In this document: in pieces, positions 15,905-30,926 of the stretch
Position numbering within the stretch: the first letter of the stretch is position 1
Layout of the letters: the number at the start of each line of letters is the position of its first letter
Assembly: GCF_009914755.1 (NCBI RefSeq)
Contig: NC_060947.1
Strand: one strand, 5' to 3'
Source of the DNA: the human T2T-CHM13v2.0 reference genome, Homo sapiens
DNA: 64,000 bases
Made by a program: the position numbers and the translations under genes
Notes under the pieces: model-generated
Told to the model about the DNA's origin: nothing
Database searches by the model: none
The model's input: only the letters and a program-made list of their open reading frames with translations

Positions 15905-16820
15905 AAAACATTTATTTAAATTTTTGTGGGTACATAGTAGATGTGTATATTTATGGAACACATGAGATTTTTAAAATATATATATATATATATTTTATTA
16001 TACTTTAAGTTCTAGGGTACATGTGCACAACGTGCAGGTTTGTTACATATGTATACATGTGCCATGTTGGTGTGCTGCACCCATTAACTCATCATTTACA
16101 TTAGGTATATCTCCTAATGCTATCCCTCCCCCGTCCCCCCACCCCACTACAGGCCCCGGTGTGTGATGTTCCCCTTCCTGTGTCCATGTGTTCTCATTGT
16201 TCAATTCCCACCTATGAGTGAGAACATGCGGTGTTTGTTTTTTTGTCCTTGTGATAGTTTGCTCAGAATGATGGTTTCCAGCTTCATCCATGTCCCTACA
16301 AAGGACATGAACTCATCCTTTTTTATGGCTGCATAGTATTCCATAGTGTATATGTGCCACATTTTCTTAATCTAGTCTATCATTGTTGGACATTTGGGTT
16401 GGTTCCAAGTCTTTGCTATTGTGAATAGTGCTGCAATAAACATACATGTGCATGTGTCTTTATAGCAGCATGATTTATATTCCTTTGGGTATGGAACACA
16501 TGAGATGTTTTGATACTGGCATGCAATGCATAATAATCACATCATAGAGAATGGGGCATCCACCCCCTCAAGCATTTACCCTTTGTGTTACAAACTATCC
16601 AGCTGTACTCTTTTCATACACCTGTTTGCTATTTGTATGTCTTCTTTTGAGAAATGTCTATCCAAATATTTTGCCCGTTTTTTTGATCAGATTATTAGAT
16701 TTTTCCCTATAGAGTTGTTTGAGCTCCTTATATATTCTGCTTATTAATCCCTTGTCAGATGGGTAGTTTGCTAGTGTTTTCTCCCATTCTGTGGGTTGTC
16801 TCTTCACTTTGTTGATTGGG
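15905..16820 (-). mobile_element. L1MA-type 3' end (host element, internally deleted), interrupted by L1PA
   Basis: L1MA tail on both sides of the insert; ORF2 peptide [26 protein letters not shown] at 16658-16820. Confidence 0.75.
15969..16489 (-). mobile_element. 5'-truncated L1PA (~PA4-6), ~520 bp
   Basis: L1PA 3'UTR; perfect 17-bp TSD TATGGAACACATGAGAT at 15952-15968 and 16490-16506. Confidence 0.92.
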
Positions 16821-17279
16821 AAACCTTTATTTCTTATGTGGGCCTCTGGCTCTGACATGCCTCAAGTCTGGAGGCCTGGACTGCTCTTCTCAGCAGCAAT
16901 ACATGGCTGCCAAAGCAAAAGGGCAACTCTAATGAGACCGGGGCCCACTAAAGCTTTTGCAACCGTAGAAGCAGGGTGATTTGGCGAAGTATTGGGTAAC
17001 AGTGCCCTTGAGAAAATGTGTATCTCTGGTTGATTGATTGCAATGGGCCCTCATTATGACAGTTGAGCCCGAAGCAGCTAAAACAAATCAGGATGGAAAG
17101 AAATGGTTTCAGGCTCTGCCAGCTGGACCCAGCAACCTTCCTGTGTGAGGAGACCAGAGCCCTTGTTGGGCCTTGAATCTGTCAACTGTGTTCATACTCA
17201 CAGATGGGTTTTCCCAGGAGAACTCAGCATCTCACCGCAAAGAAGAGTGCTAACATTTGTTTCCTTTAGGTAGCTCTTG

Positions 17280-18640
17280 TTTCAGGATTATAACAACATT
17301 TAGGCTTACAGAACAATTGAGCAAAATATGCAGAGTTCTCATATATCCCCTTCACTCCCCTCAGTTTCCCCTATTGTCAATATCTTGCATTACTGTTGTA
17401 TTTGTTGTAATTGATGAACCAATATCAATACATTATTATTAACTAACATCCATAGTTTACTTTAGAGTGTACTCTGTGTCATATATTTCTGTGGATTTTG
17501 ACAAATATATAATATCATGTGTCCACCATTACAGGATGATACAGAGTAGTTTCACTGCCCTAAAAATCCCCTGTGCTCTGCCTATTTATCCCTCTCTTCC
17601 ACCCACCAAACCCTGACAACCACTGATCTTTTTACTGTCTCCATAGTTTAGCCTTTTCCAGAATGTTGCATATTATGTAGTTGGAATCATTCAGTATGTA
17701 GCCTTTTCAGACTGGCTTCTTTCACTCAGCAATACACATTTTGATTTTTCTCCACGTCTTTTCATGACTTGATAGCACTTTTGTTTTTATTGCTGAAGAA
17801 TATCCATTGTCTGGATATGCCATGGTTCAGTTTATCCAGTCACCTACTAAAGAAAATGTTGGTTGCTTCCAGGTTTTGGCAATTATGAATGAAGCAGACG
17901 TCTTCTAAGACGTTTTCTTTACATAACTACCAAACCATGATGATGTAAAATTAACAGTAACTCAATATATCATCCAATATCCAGTTGATATTCATTCAAA
18001 TATCAACTCAGAATTCCATCAAGGTTTGTGCATTGCATTCTTTTGCCTTTTTAGTCTCTTGTCTAGAACAGTTTCCTGCCTTGTTGTTGTTTTTTTAATG
18101 AGAGATTTTTAAACATAATTCCAAATTTTATTTTAGACACAGGAGATACATGTGCAGGTTTGTTACTTGCAAAGATTTCCTTTGAAGAGTCCAGACCAGT
18201 AGTCTCACATTCTGGGTCTGATTACTTCCTCATGATTCAGTTTGGCATAAGTCGTTTTTGGCAGCATTCCAACATAGGTAACGCTATGGAGTCTGCTTTT
18301 CTGACTTTGTTGATGATAAGCTCCATTGCTCGGATGAGGTGGTGATGGCCAGAACCCTCCATTGTAAAGTGACATTTTTCTCTTTGTTCATAATCTGTAG
18401 GAAAGTACTTTGAGACCATGTGAATTTTCTGTTTTCCAGCAACCATTCGCCCAGTGATTTTGGTATCCATTGACAATTATTGCCTAAGCTAACTATTACA
18501 TTGGGGGTTGCAAAGTATTAATTATCAAATTCTGTCCTGCTTCCTACGTTTATCAAGTATTCCTCCCCATTTAAGAAAAACAATCCCTGTAGGGTCATGA
18601 TATATTCTTTTAATGTTTTTGTAATTCATATTGTCATTAT
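17280..18640 (-). mobile_element. Ancient L1MC/L1ME 3' fragments
   Basis: ttaggcttacagaacaattgagc...tattattaactaacatccatagtttac...gacttcttcactcagc-type motifs. Confidence 0.6.
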
Positions 18641-19659
18641 TCTGTTTGCTTAGCATGCTCTTTCACTATTTTCCTCTCTCCTAAAGATGTTGCCATGAGA
18701 TGGAGGGGAAGGGGTCTTATTTGCTGTCTCTCTCAGTGTGATACATAGGGAAACCAACACAAGAAACGGATACCTTTTCCAAGACTGTTTAAGGTCCAGT
18801 GTTGTCAGAGCCAAAAAAGTCAGAATTCTGGCCTGACAGTTTGAATAATCAGTGTCTATTTCACCAGGTGTAACTGATTTGAATACTGCTTAGAATACTT
18901 ACATCCCTTCTTCATATTCACTAAGAGATAAATTTGACTAATTTTGCCTTAATTAAATAAATGACAGTATATTACAATTAGGTTTTCTGATTTCTTTTGT
19001 ATATTATCATATTACACAGAGTAGAAACCCATTATTTTAATAGCTATAAAGTATTTTAATGCAAGACTACCAGAGTTTGCTTCTGCATACCCCTTTTTTG
19101 GGGGGTACAGTGGAGATACAGTGAGTAGTGTTTTGCAAACTTATGTGGGAATGGAGCTTCTTTTTTTCCAAAGAAGTTGTTCACTTCTCCTTCTCTCAGA
19201 CCTTTCATTTTACCCAAGGGACATGATGTGTTCCTGCAGGTGGTCATTTAGTAAAATAATGAAACAAGGCTTGCTATGAATGGTTGTGCAAATGTGCACT
19301 GTATAATCCAGAGGGCACAATTTCTACTGCAGTGTTTGTGAGCAGTGCTCCTTGGCACTGTGTGATATACAGTCTTGGTGGTCCCATACAATGGACTCTG
19401 GGAAGTGGCATTCTTTTTGTAAGTTGAAAGCAATGGAATTTTGGAAGAGAAGGCAATTTACGTATATAGTCAGAGATAAATGTCAACTTTATCCTCCCAG
19501 TAAGAATTACAAATAGAATCACTTTTTATCTTGTACTTAAAATTTCTTATACTTAAAATACCTTACACTTGGCATTCCTGTGGTGTGGTCAAGTTTTGAC
19601 AATGCCTTTCATAAACCCTTTTAAAATTGATTATAGTCTTGAAATTTAAGAGGATATAG

Positions 19660-20173
<514 letters not shown>

Positions 20174-21589
20174 CAACAAGGTGGCAATTATTTTCAGAAA
20201 AACACTGACTGTGTCATTTAAAAAGAAATAAATGATATGTTATTATCCCAATGAAAGATCATGCATTGGGGACAGCAGAAACAAAAGCTTTTTTGGAAAG
20301 GCGGGGAAGAAGGATGAAACCTTTAAAAGCAAAAACAAAAACATCAATGAGTAGGCATTTTATAGCTTTAACCCCGTATGAGTTTCAAGCTGTGTTTCCT
20401 AATGAGTTTGCTACTGCTGTGGGGGCATGTGGGTGGGTAAATGATGTAAATGATGTGATCTGTACAAGTATGTGGAGCATGAATGCTGACTCAAGAAACT
20501 TTTACTCCTTCTGCTCAAGGCTGATGTTTGTAACTTATGAACACACGTGAAGTGTTGAGTCCAAAAGACAAAGGGGCATCGGCATGTCAGCGTCCTTATT
20601 TATTGGTTCTTGAAGTTTTGCTGCTATGTTACTGAATCATACTAAAGACATTTGCGCTTACTTTGTTGAAAAAGAAAAAGAAATTAAATTTGAACACAGT
20701 GAAAGCTGCAAGTATGCCAGTGGGTCCGCTCACGACCGTCCTGTTTCTTGCTCCTGTTCTCAGCCTGTTATCTGGCTTATCCATCAGTTTCTGAACCAAC
20801 ATCAGGGGCACCTGCCATGATGAGTGTGAAGAAATCATTTCTCTATGCAAGACTGGCATCCTGGGACTGCACGATGAACTATTGGAGCATATAGTACTGC
20901 GGTGTGTCTCCTCCCATACAAAGGGACACATCCTTATTTTGAGGGTATACTCACCCGATCATTGATTTGCATCCCCATGGCATTTGCTTCATTTATTTAT
21001 TGCTTTTGCCCATGCATTCAATATTGATCAGCTCAGCACTTCCATGGGCCATAGCCGGTATGCCCCCAGCCTGCCATAAGCGTGCTTTCATTTTCAAGTA
21101 GCATATGCAAGAGTCCAAACAGGCTACCCAATGTTACTACTTATTTTTCCTCTCAGGTCTTATCAGATACGGCTGTGGAGAGGATGAGGCATATGCGTTG
21201 TCAGTTGGAATCCCTCCAAATGGATTGCAAGAGAAATACTAAATTGATTCTAAATCTGTTCCATTATCTTCTCTGTAGGATGCAAAACATCCAGTTGTAA
21301 TGTATAAGCATGCACTTCATACTAGCAATCACAGCACAGGAGGACAGCATTAAATTTTATATAGCCAATTTGGGCACTGGGCATCTTTGTATTTGAACTT
21401 AACGACACATTTACTCTTTTAGTCAGGATTTCGGTCTTTTCTGCGGGAAGGAATTAAGCTATGTATTAGGTCCACCATACGATCTGTGTAAGTAAGATTA
21501 TCCCACTTGCCCTTTCTCTTTAGTCTTTGTCCCTTCCTTTTCACTAAGTGCCCCTCATCCTTTTCAATCTCATTGTCACTGGATAGTGC

Positions 21590-21965
21590 TGTATCACTTA
21601 GGTGTGCATTCGGCTGCAAATAACAGAAAACCCAGCAAACACTGAAGGGCTGGATAAGAACCCTGAGAGGGGGTACTCCAGGACTGTCTCCATAACATCA
21701 TTGGGATCCCCATCCCGTTGCTATTTCTTTTTCACCGTTTTTACCTTTTGTCCTCTGGCTTATTGCCTCAGAGTTGCAAGATGGTTCCTGAACTGTCAGG
21801 TATCATGTCTGCTTTCTAAGTGGGAAGAGGAAGGGAGAGGCAAGCAACTAGGTACAATGTCTATCAGGAAAGCAAAGCTTCCCCAGAGACGCTCAGCTTG
21901 TATCCATTGACTGGAAGTCTGTCACGTGGCTCCCCCTAGCCGCCCACTAGTGTGGGAAGGAAAAT
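21590..21965. mobile_element. Ancient MaLR LTR remnant within the CLCN4 3'UTR
   Basis: ttaggtgtgcattcggctgcaaataacagaaaaccc...cattgactggaagtctgtcacgtggctccccctagc. Confidence 0.4.
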
Positions 21966-22447
21966 ATTGAGCTAGGCACATTACTCTCTGAACGAAATTC
22001 ATATTATCTTATTAAGGAAGAGTGTTGGTCTTCAGGAGGGGAAGTTTGCTGTATTGGATGCCATCATCGTGTCCTTGTCATTGCCCTTCCGGTTTTCATT
22101 CTTGCTAAACCCCTGTGAATGTTCTTCTAACCTTCCTGTTCCCCACCCCTTTTCTCAGATTTGACCTAGAATTCCCAGCCCAAATCCATAATTTCTTAGC
22201 TCTAATACGAATTTTCATGTTGGACAAAAACCTAGCTACAAATGGGTTTCTATGGAACTTCTAATTAATGTGCAAAATACATATTTTCTCCAGGTTAAGA
22301 AATTTTAAGTCAGATCATGCTGACACAATAAGAAAATTTGTTTGTGTAATTCATTGACCTCTTCCTTCCAAAATAACATCAAGTAGCCACCTCAGTGTGA
22401 CAATATCCAGTCAATAGTAGAGAATTTAATCCTTGGTCCTATAAAAG

Positions 22448-22453
22448 AATAAA
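22448..22453 (+). terminator. Proximal poly(A) signal AATAAA
   Basis: AATAAA followed ~50 nt later by GU-rich tgttagtgttggtgttgtggttt (22502-22524). Confidence 0.6.
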
Positions 22454-24179
22454 ATTCATTGTCGTATTTATAGCACGTAAGCCTTGAGTAACAGGTCTTA
22501 ATGTTAGTGTTGGTGTTGTGGTTTCTGCGGAACGTTTACAAGTGAAGTTGGATTCTCCTGGGCTTTAAATCCAAAAAGTCTTAATGACCGCTTCATGTAG
22601 TTCCCCTCTTATTCCCCTGTGGTCTCCTCAGAGCCAGCGTGTGCTGGGAAAGAGTATTAGTCATAGCCTGGCTTTATAGAATCCAGGAGGTCCTTTTAGC
22701 TGAAACAAGTGGCTTCAAAAGGGAACATGAAACAGTGAAAAGATAGCCAAAGGTCAGTGAAACCACAGCATTTCTTTCTAATCTGGCTGAGGCCATGGGG
22801 GGGAATGAGGGGAAAATATGCTTCCGGGCCAAGGTCACCGAGGGGGACCTTGGGATTTGTGTCCTCCCCAGTGCTTAGAGTAGAGATACCTGCAAATTCA
22901 TGGCAAACAGTTGGAAGAGTTACTTGACTGAAACAACCCAATCTTACTTTCTTTCGTAAGTTGAACCTCTGATTTATTGTGGGGTTCAGGCTCTCCTCAA
23001 TAGAAGGCCAGAGTTGGACAGGTGGACTAAGGTCAAGGATGAGGAGTCTGCAGTGGGGACTACCACAGCAAACTGCCTTCCTTCCGTGGAGTCCTAACTC
23101 AGCCATGTGGTCCACTCACCCAGGGGCCCGGGGGCTCAGACAAACCCCATGGGGAACATGCTGCCATGCTCTGTCTTTCTTGTAAACGTAGTTGGGTAGG
23201 GATCCCAAGGGTATTTGCTCTCTCCAAATGCAGAACTTCCATCCACTTTATCTGGTGATCTGATGAACAGCATGGGGACGTGGAGGTGAAATAAGCATCT
23301 TTCAGAATAAGGTTTTTTTTTTTTTCCTCTTCCAGAACCAAAGGCTTTAGACATTTGTAGGACTTTCTGGATTCCTTCTGAATCGGGTTTTAACATAAAA
23401 AACCATCAACACATCATGGGAAAGGAGCTCTTTCATGATATACATCACATGTTTCTTGCTCTCACTGAGGAAATGTGTTGTACAAAAGCACCAAATAAGG
23501 GCACCCTGGAAGTGACATGTGTGTTTCTTCTAAGTCGTTTTTAGTGCATCCCCTGCGATTGCATGATGCTCATGTGGCTTTTAGGGAAAGGCAGAATGTG
23601 CTAGAAGTCGAAGTCATTCAATATTCAGTGCTTACTGTTACTTTGAACCAGGTAATCTCAGTTCTTTATTCAGTCCTTCCCAAAGACCTTACAAAGGAGA
23701 TGTGTAAACTGATAGATTTTGAGCCTAATAAGTCACAGAAATGGAAAATTTTAGAGCAGTTTGTTTCACTTAGGTGAGAACTGATTACTTTAAATTACCA
23801 ACATGTGCAAATTCTACTTAGTATTCATTATTAGATGCTAAGCTGGAAAAGATGAGAAACCCAAGGAGAACTATTGAATTACCACATAATTGTAATATTA
23901 TGCTTTAATTTTGTATGGGCAGTGTTCTATCAGACTAAGCTTCTAGCCTTTGAAATGATTTACATGAGGAGAGAGCCTGTATATCTGACTTGGGAAACAT
24001 TAAGCAGACCCTATTTTCACTGGCGCGGTAATAACTATTTATTTGCTATCCTAGAGGTGCTGGGAATGAGCCTACGTGCGACTTTGATGAGATATATTCA
24101 CATTTGGTGTTGGAACGACCACATAGCAACGTGTTGGTTTTTTTTTTATTGTAACACTCTGTGTAAACGTTGACACCTT

Positions 24180-24219
24180 ATTAAATATTAAATGTCTGAA
24201 CTCTATTTTTAAAAATAAA
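24180..24219 (+). terminator. Distal poly(A) signal cluster
   Basis: ATTAAA 24180-24185 and 24187-24192, AATAAA 24214-24219, U-rich/UGUA elements upstream. Confidence 0.65.
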
Positions 24220-25029
24220 ACAAGCACAGAGTCTGCAACAAACATGTAAATGGAAGAGATACTGATTTCACAGTGTGTTTCTACGCAGTAGAACCTCTGG
24301 AAACCTGGTCCCCATGACTTGGTAGAACTATCCAGTAAAGTTAAAGAGCCATCTTAAGACGGGCACACAGATTGTGAAGTCCATTTAGTCAGCTTTAAAA
24401 TTCCTTGTTCTTGGCTGGGTGGGCGGTGACCAAATGAAAATTCAGACTGAGGCTATCAGTTTCCAAGGATTGGGTAGGAACACTGTCCTCAGGCCATCTG
24501 TGCTTGCCCTGTGTGAAGGCTGGGGAGTACGGCTTGGGTAATGGTCTAACATTCATTCATTCTTTCATCCTTTCTTTCAGGAGCAAATTTTCCCTTTATT
24601 ACTTTGGGAACCACAAGGGTTGAATTATGTCTTTTCCCACAAGTATTTTTTCTTTTTTTTTGTGAAAACTTTCTACTTTACAGAAAATTTGAAAGAAAGA
24701 AAAGAAAGGAACAAAGGATGCCCACAGATCCTTGACCTAGAAGAGGTGCTATTTAATATGGGTGGTTAGAGGAGTCCCCACTGGTTAGGGGAGGGGACCA
24801 GCTGGGGGTACAGCTGGGGAAAGGGTATCCTCAGCAGAGGGGACAGCAAGTGCAAATGTCCTGAGGTGGAAATGGGCCTAGCCTGCTGGGGGCCCACCAG
24901 GGGTGGATGGCTGCAGCCTTGGGATGGGAGTGGGGGTATTTGAAGTTGGGTTTGTTTTCCCTTTGGGAGGAGGGTAGACACAGCAGATGCTTCAGGGTCT
25001 TGAAGGACCAGGTAAAGTTCTGGAATTCA

Positions 25030-25490
<461 letters not shown>

Positions 25491-25495
25491 TTATA

Positions 25496-25833
25496 CAGTT
25501 GCCCCTCAGTATCTGTGGGGGATTGCTTTCAGGACCCCCCATAGATTCCAAAATCCATGACGCTTAAGCCCCTTATATAAAATGTTGTATTATTTGCATA
25601 TGGCCCACGTACATCCTCCTGTCTGCTTTAAACGTTCTCTAGATTACTTAGAATACCTAGTTCAATGTAATGCTATGTAAATAGTTGTTACACTGCATTG
25701 TCTATGGAATAGTGACAAGAAAAAAGTCTGTACATGTTCAGTACAGATGCAACCATCCATTTTTTTTCCTGAATATTTTCAATCCACAGTTGAATCCACA
25801 GATGCAGAATCCATGGATACAGAGGGCAAACTG
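25496..25833. mobile_element. MER2 (Tigger MITE)
   Basis: TIRs CAGTTGCCCCTCAGTATCTGTGG / CCATGGATACAGAGGGCAAACTG, TA on both flanks. Confidence 0.88.
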
Positions 25834-26102
25834 TATTTCCAAGGTAGAGCCAACAGATTTGCTGATGGACTGGTTATAAAATGGTACAACCAAGTTGCCA
25901 CTTACTGAGATGGGCTAGACTAGGTGAGGAGCTCCCTTTTGGAAATGCTACATGAGAGATGTCTCTTAGACATTCAAGTTTGGAGCTCAGTGGAATCATT
26001 AAGTTTTGAGATATAAATCAAGCCATTGGCATATCGGTGGCATTTAAAGCCATGCCTGGAAACTTTTGTGGTCTCATGATATCCTAAAAGCAAACAGGAG
26101 AA

Positions 26103-26104
<2 letters not shown>

Positions 26105-26145
<41 letters not shown>

Positions 26146-26427
26146 AGATGGAGTCTCACCCTGTCACCCAGGCTGGAGTGTGGTGGCATGATCTTGGCTC
26201 ACTGCAGTCTCCGCCTCCTGGGTTCAAGCGATTCTCCTGTCTCATCCTCCTTAGTAACTAGGATTACAGCTGCATACCATCACGCCCGGCTAATTTTCCA
26301 TATTTTTGGTAGAGACAGGGTTTCACCATGTTGGCCAGGCTGGTCTCGAATTTCTGACCTCAAGTGATTCACCCGCCTCGGCCTCCCAAAGGGCTGGGAT
26401 TACAGGCATGAGTCACCGCACCCAGCC
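26105..26427 (-). mobile_element. AluS with ~40-nt poly(T/A) tail
   Basis: T40 then gagatggagtctc...gcacccagcc. Confidence 0.94.
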
Positions 26428-26499
26428 AGAATATTCTTCCAACAGAATTTCAATATTGAGTTTTCAGGGAGTCACACCAATGTCACAGGCCGATAGGAC

Positions 26500-26700
26500 T
26501 GCACTTGAGTTCCGGCTCCATTGAGTCCTGGCTCCGTGTGCCATTGTCAAAGGGACTGAACTTCTCTGAGCCTGAGTTTCCTCATCTCTGTAGAGTGAGC
26601 TACTGCTCTTGCCACAGCAGCATGGCTGTGAGAATTAAATGAGGTAATTGCTGTACAGTACTTGGCATGGAATATGACCAGGCAAATGGTAGACATTATC
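26500..26700. mobile_element. MIR
   Basis: ttctctgagcctgagtttcctcatctctgta...gagaattaaatgaggtaat core. Confidence 0.7.
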
Positions 26701-28175
26701 ATCTAAAGCTCAGTAGCTTTAGTTGGAAATACTTCAATTAATTGTGTGTTGTTAAAGGACATATAACACTTTAGTTTAATTATAAGGCCACAGAAAGTAA
26801 ACGCAGATCAGACTAGCCAAATGCTTTTTTCCCAGTCCCTGCAGTCATTTTTCCAAAAAACAAAACAAAACAAAGCAACAACTCAGATCTCTTAAGGGAT
26901 ATATTTAGAAAAAAAAATCTGTCTCCAAATTAATGGGAAATTATAGAAAGGAAGCTACTTGGTAGAAAATTCCATTTCTCTGTACCTTTATATTGGCTTG
27001 AAGAGCAGAAAAGCATCAGTATGCATGGATACTGAACTATGAATTGATTACTTTGAAATTTGGAGCAAGAATTCATGGAACACAAGAAAGTGTATAGCTT
27101 GCTTATTTTCAGGCAACCTAAAACTCAATACCCTCTGCACTTCCAGACAAAGAAAAATCTCTCCAGCATGGTGTTAATGTAGAAATGAGTCTGTTAGTAA
27201 AACTCATGAAAGAACAGCGTTTTGTGGGCCTTGGACATTTCCGGTCACCATGATGTTGTTAAAAACCAGAGGGGGAGAATGAACAAATAGAATTTGTCTG
27301 AAAAGTGACAGCCCATCAGTTTTAATTCTGGAGGCTTAGCTAGAGCTAACCAGGATGGCCTTGCAAATAAAAGTCTGGGTCATGCATGGGTTTCCTGGGC
27401 TTTCATGGGTTGAGAAAGGACTAGAAACGTCCATCTCCATCAATTTCCATCAGGACCAGTGTGCTTCAGCTGAGCACGGGGTGCCTGGACTGCCCATTGT
27501 TAAAGCTCTTCCCCAGTTCATTGGTGGTCAATTGGCCAGAAAGAAGCTACCATATGTGAAGGCAGATAGGGAGCATCTATTTCTGGCTGTTCCTCAACAT
27601 TGCATTTCATTAAAGACATGTTTTTTCTTTCTGAATGAGCAATAAGCAGAGAGCACCTTGTGGGGATTTCCAAACCCCTTTAGTCAGGGCTTGGCTCACA
27701 GAACGAAGGGAGCAATTGATGTGTGATTCCAGCGCTTGTTATGGAACACATATTTCAAAGATGAAACAGCCTTCCTCAATCCAAACAGACTCTCTCAGAG
27801 AAATTGAAAACACATCCATAAATTCTCGTCCCACAGGCTCCTAACAGGTTGGATCCAGGGGATGCTCGCTGGTAGAACATTCCTTCCTTCTGCAGAACTC
27901 CATGTTCATTTCACACACACTCACTCTCTCAGGGCTTCCACCTGTTTCCAGTTGATACGAACCCAAGTGGAAATTGGGGCGGGCTAGCTCCCTTTTGATG
28001 AAACAGGTTTCCTTTTCTTACATTTCTCAAACTTTAGCCTCTCCCCAGAAAGACATTTCTAGGAATGGCTGCTGAGTGGTTTACATGATCAGCAAGGAAC
28101 TTTCTCCAGGGAGTGGCCAAGCCAAGTTGCTCCATGGGGCAGGAGTCTCCACTGGTTATTAAAGAGCTAGGGAGA

Positions 28176-28591
<416 letters not shown>

Positions 28592-29109
28592 CTAAGTTGG
28601 TGGCTAGAGCGTGAGGGTCCATGAAGTCTTTTTTAAGTTTCTTTTGAGAATTTCTAGTTGAGTGACTGGAAGAACCGACTTAACTTTAACGCACTGCAGC
28701 CACATCATCTGAAAGCAGTGACTTGCTAATCAGAGTGTGATCTAGGGACTACCTGTGCCTGTATTACTGGAGTAAGTGCCACTTAGCAATGCAGAATTGC
28801 AAGCCCCATCCAGGTCTGCTGAGTCAGGCAGAATTAACCCCAGGTGATTTGTGTGCAGAGTACAATTTGAGACGTGCTGCCTTGCGTGACCAGGTGATCT
28901 GAGTTTACTTCTAGCGCTAAGACCCAACTTTCTCTAAGATTATCTTACTTCCAAAGGAAAAAGGAGTGATGACTGCAGTGATTGGGCCACTGAAGGAGCC
29001 TGTCCAGAGAAACAAGGTAGGGAGAAGCTTGGCATAAGAGCTCTAAGCCCTATTTCTCAGTCCCCAGACTTTCCCAGTTACAGCTATCCTCCTACGTGAT
29101 GCCCCATCT

Positions 29110-29290
29110 CAGATTCTCAGCCTCAGCACTAGTGACATTTGGGGCTGTCCTGTGCACTATACAATGGCGAGCAGCATTCCTGGCCTCTCCCCACTAGATG
29201 CCATCGCACCCCTCACCTAGTTATGACTCCAAAAACGTCTCCAGACGTTGCCAAGTGTCCTGGGTGGGGGGAGGTATGCAGATCTCCCCC
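29110..29290 (-). mobile_element. MER20 (internally deleted)
   Basis: gtgacatttggggc...ccactagatgcc...aaaaacgtctccagacgttgccaagtgtcc. Confidence 0.8.
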
Positions 29291-29798
29291 CTCCCCTCCC
29301 CTAATTGTATAGAAGGGAGCACTGTGATTTACAAAGCATGGGAAAAGGGATCACCCTTTGGTGTCATTTTGCTGGTTTTTTCCTAACGCTGGATGAAAAT
29401 TGCTAGTGTAAGGCAAAGACTGATGGGGACTCCCATCCTGCTTCGACGAGTCCCCATGGCTGGGGAAGAGTTCCCTCAGCCTTTAAGCAGAAAACAGCAA
29501 TTTAGTGGGGAGAGGGTGCATTTCCTTCTTTCTGAGAACCTAATGGTGAGCCCAGGAAGAATGCAGTCACCTTACCTGGACATAAGTCTCACGCCAATTG
29601 GTAATTTCAAAGTGATTGGCTTACTTTCAACTGTCTGTGTGACCACCCTGTCGTCCTTCTCAGTTGCCTCCCACACTCAGACCATGCACGCAAGCATGTC
29701 GATGAAATCGCTCTTTGCTGGGTACATCTCATTAGAAAGATTCCTAGTTGCTTTTTTGAGTCAACTTGAACATTTTTGTGTCTTTCTTTGAAACTTAG

Positions 29799-30055
29799 AG
29801 GAGTGGTTGGCCAACTATAGCACGTGGCCAAATGCAGCCTGCCACCTGTTTTTGCAGCTAAAGTTGATTGGCACACAGCCATGTGCAGCCGCTTACATAT
29901 TGTCTATGGCTGCTTTTTATGTTTGTTTGTTTTAGTCTATAACTGTTTTTGTGATACAATGGTGGAGTTAAATAATTGCAACAGAGACCATCTGGCCTAC
30001 AAAGCCCAAAATATTTACTATCAGGTCCTTGACAGAAAAAGTTTGCTGGCTCCTG
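29799..30055. mobile_element. MER58A (hAT-Charlie)
   Basis: ttggccaactatagc...aaaatatttactatc...aaaaagtttgctggctcctg. Confidence 0.82.
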
Positions 30056-30738
30056 GCTTAGAGTAAATTGGGGTCACCAAACCATTGGATAGTCACCAAG
30101 AGTAATTTAACTTTCTTAGACTATATGTAAAATATAAAGAAATGCTTTAAATACAGAATCAAGGAGAGATGCGTGTGTCAGTGGAATAAGATGGATTTGT
30201 TAAAATGATTTTCCATCCTTCAAGTTTCTCCAACAGCTTAACTTGTGCCAGAAATATCTGTCCTGACTTAGATATTAACTGAGATGTTTATGGCCTCTGT
30301 CAGAATTTAAATATGTTTTCTGTAACAGAAAATGACACTTAACACTTGAATAGCACTGTGTCATTTATGAAGGGATTTTAATATTTATTTGTGTTTGTCT
30401 CAATGGTTCTGTGTGGGAAAAATTATACCTATTATTTAGAAGACAAAACTGAGGTTCAGAAGAATCACCTGTGGAGATTTTGCAACATACTGATGCACCG
30501 GAGCCATGCCCTGAGATTCTGATTAAGTCCATCTTGGGTGGGGTCTTCCATCAACGTTATAAAAGGTCACCGGGTGATTCTAATGTGAGATTGAGAACCT
30601 CTGGGCTCCAGGGATTTGCTCAAGTTAATATACCTAGGAGGTGGTCTTGTTGGAGGAAGCTCAAACTTGGTCTTCGTGACTTCAAGTCTAGGAACATTTT
30701 CCTACAATATAACAACCCAGCTTGGCTCAGGGTCTAAC

Positions 30739-30926
30739 CCAGTGGTTCTCAAAGTATGGTCCTTGTACCAGAAGCATGAGGATCACCCAGCAATCTATTA
30801 GAAATGCAAGTTATCTGTCCTACTCTGGACCTGGTAAATCTGAAAGTCTGGGGATGGGGCCTACTCCTCTGTGTTTTACCAAAACCTCTAGCCGGTTTAG
30901 AGGCAGCTCCGGTTTGAGAACCACTG
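30739..30926. mobile_element. MER5A (another MER5-like fragment at ~30460-30605)
   Basis: cagtggttctcaaagtatggtcc...ttagaaatgcaa...tttgagaaccactg. Confidence 0.75.

Larger units (their letters stand above)
20174..24245 (+). other. CLCN4: CLCN4 long 3'UTR (~4 kb; end approximate)
   Basis: Follows the stop codon, largely repeat-free, ends near clustered ATTAAA/AATAAA at 24180-24219. Confidence 0.75.

Noticed and set aside
20843-22122. miRNA seed matches in the 3'UTR (CTATGCAA, TGAATGT)
   Set aside because: 7-8mers are expected by chance in 4 kb; conservation cannot be assessed here.
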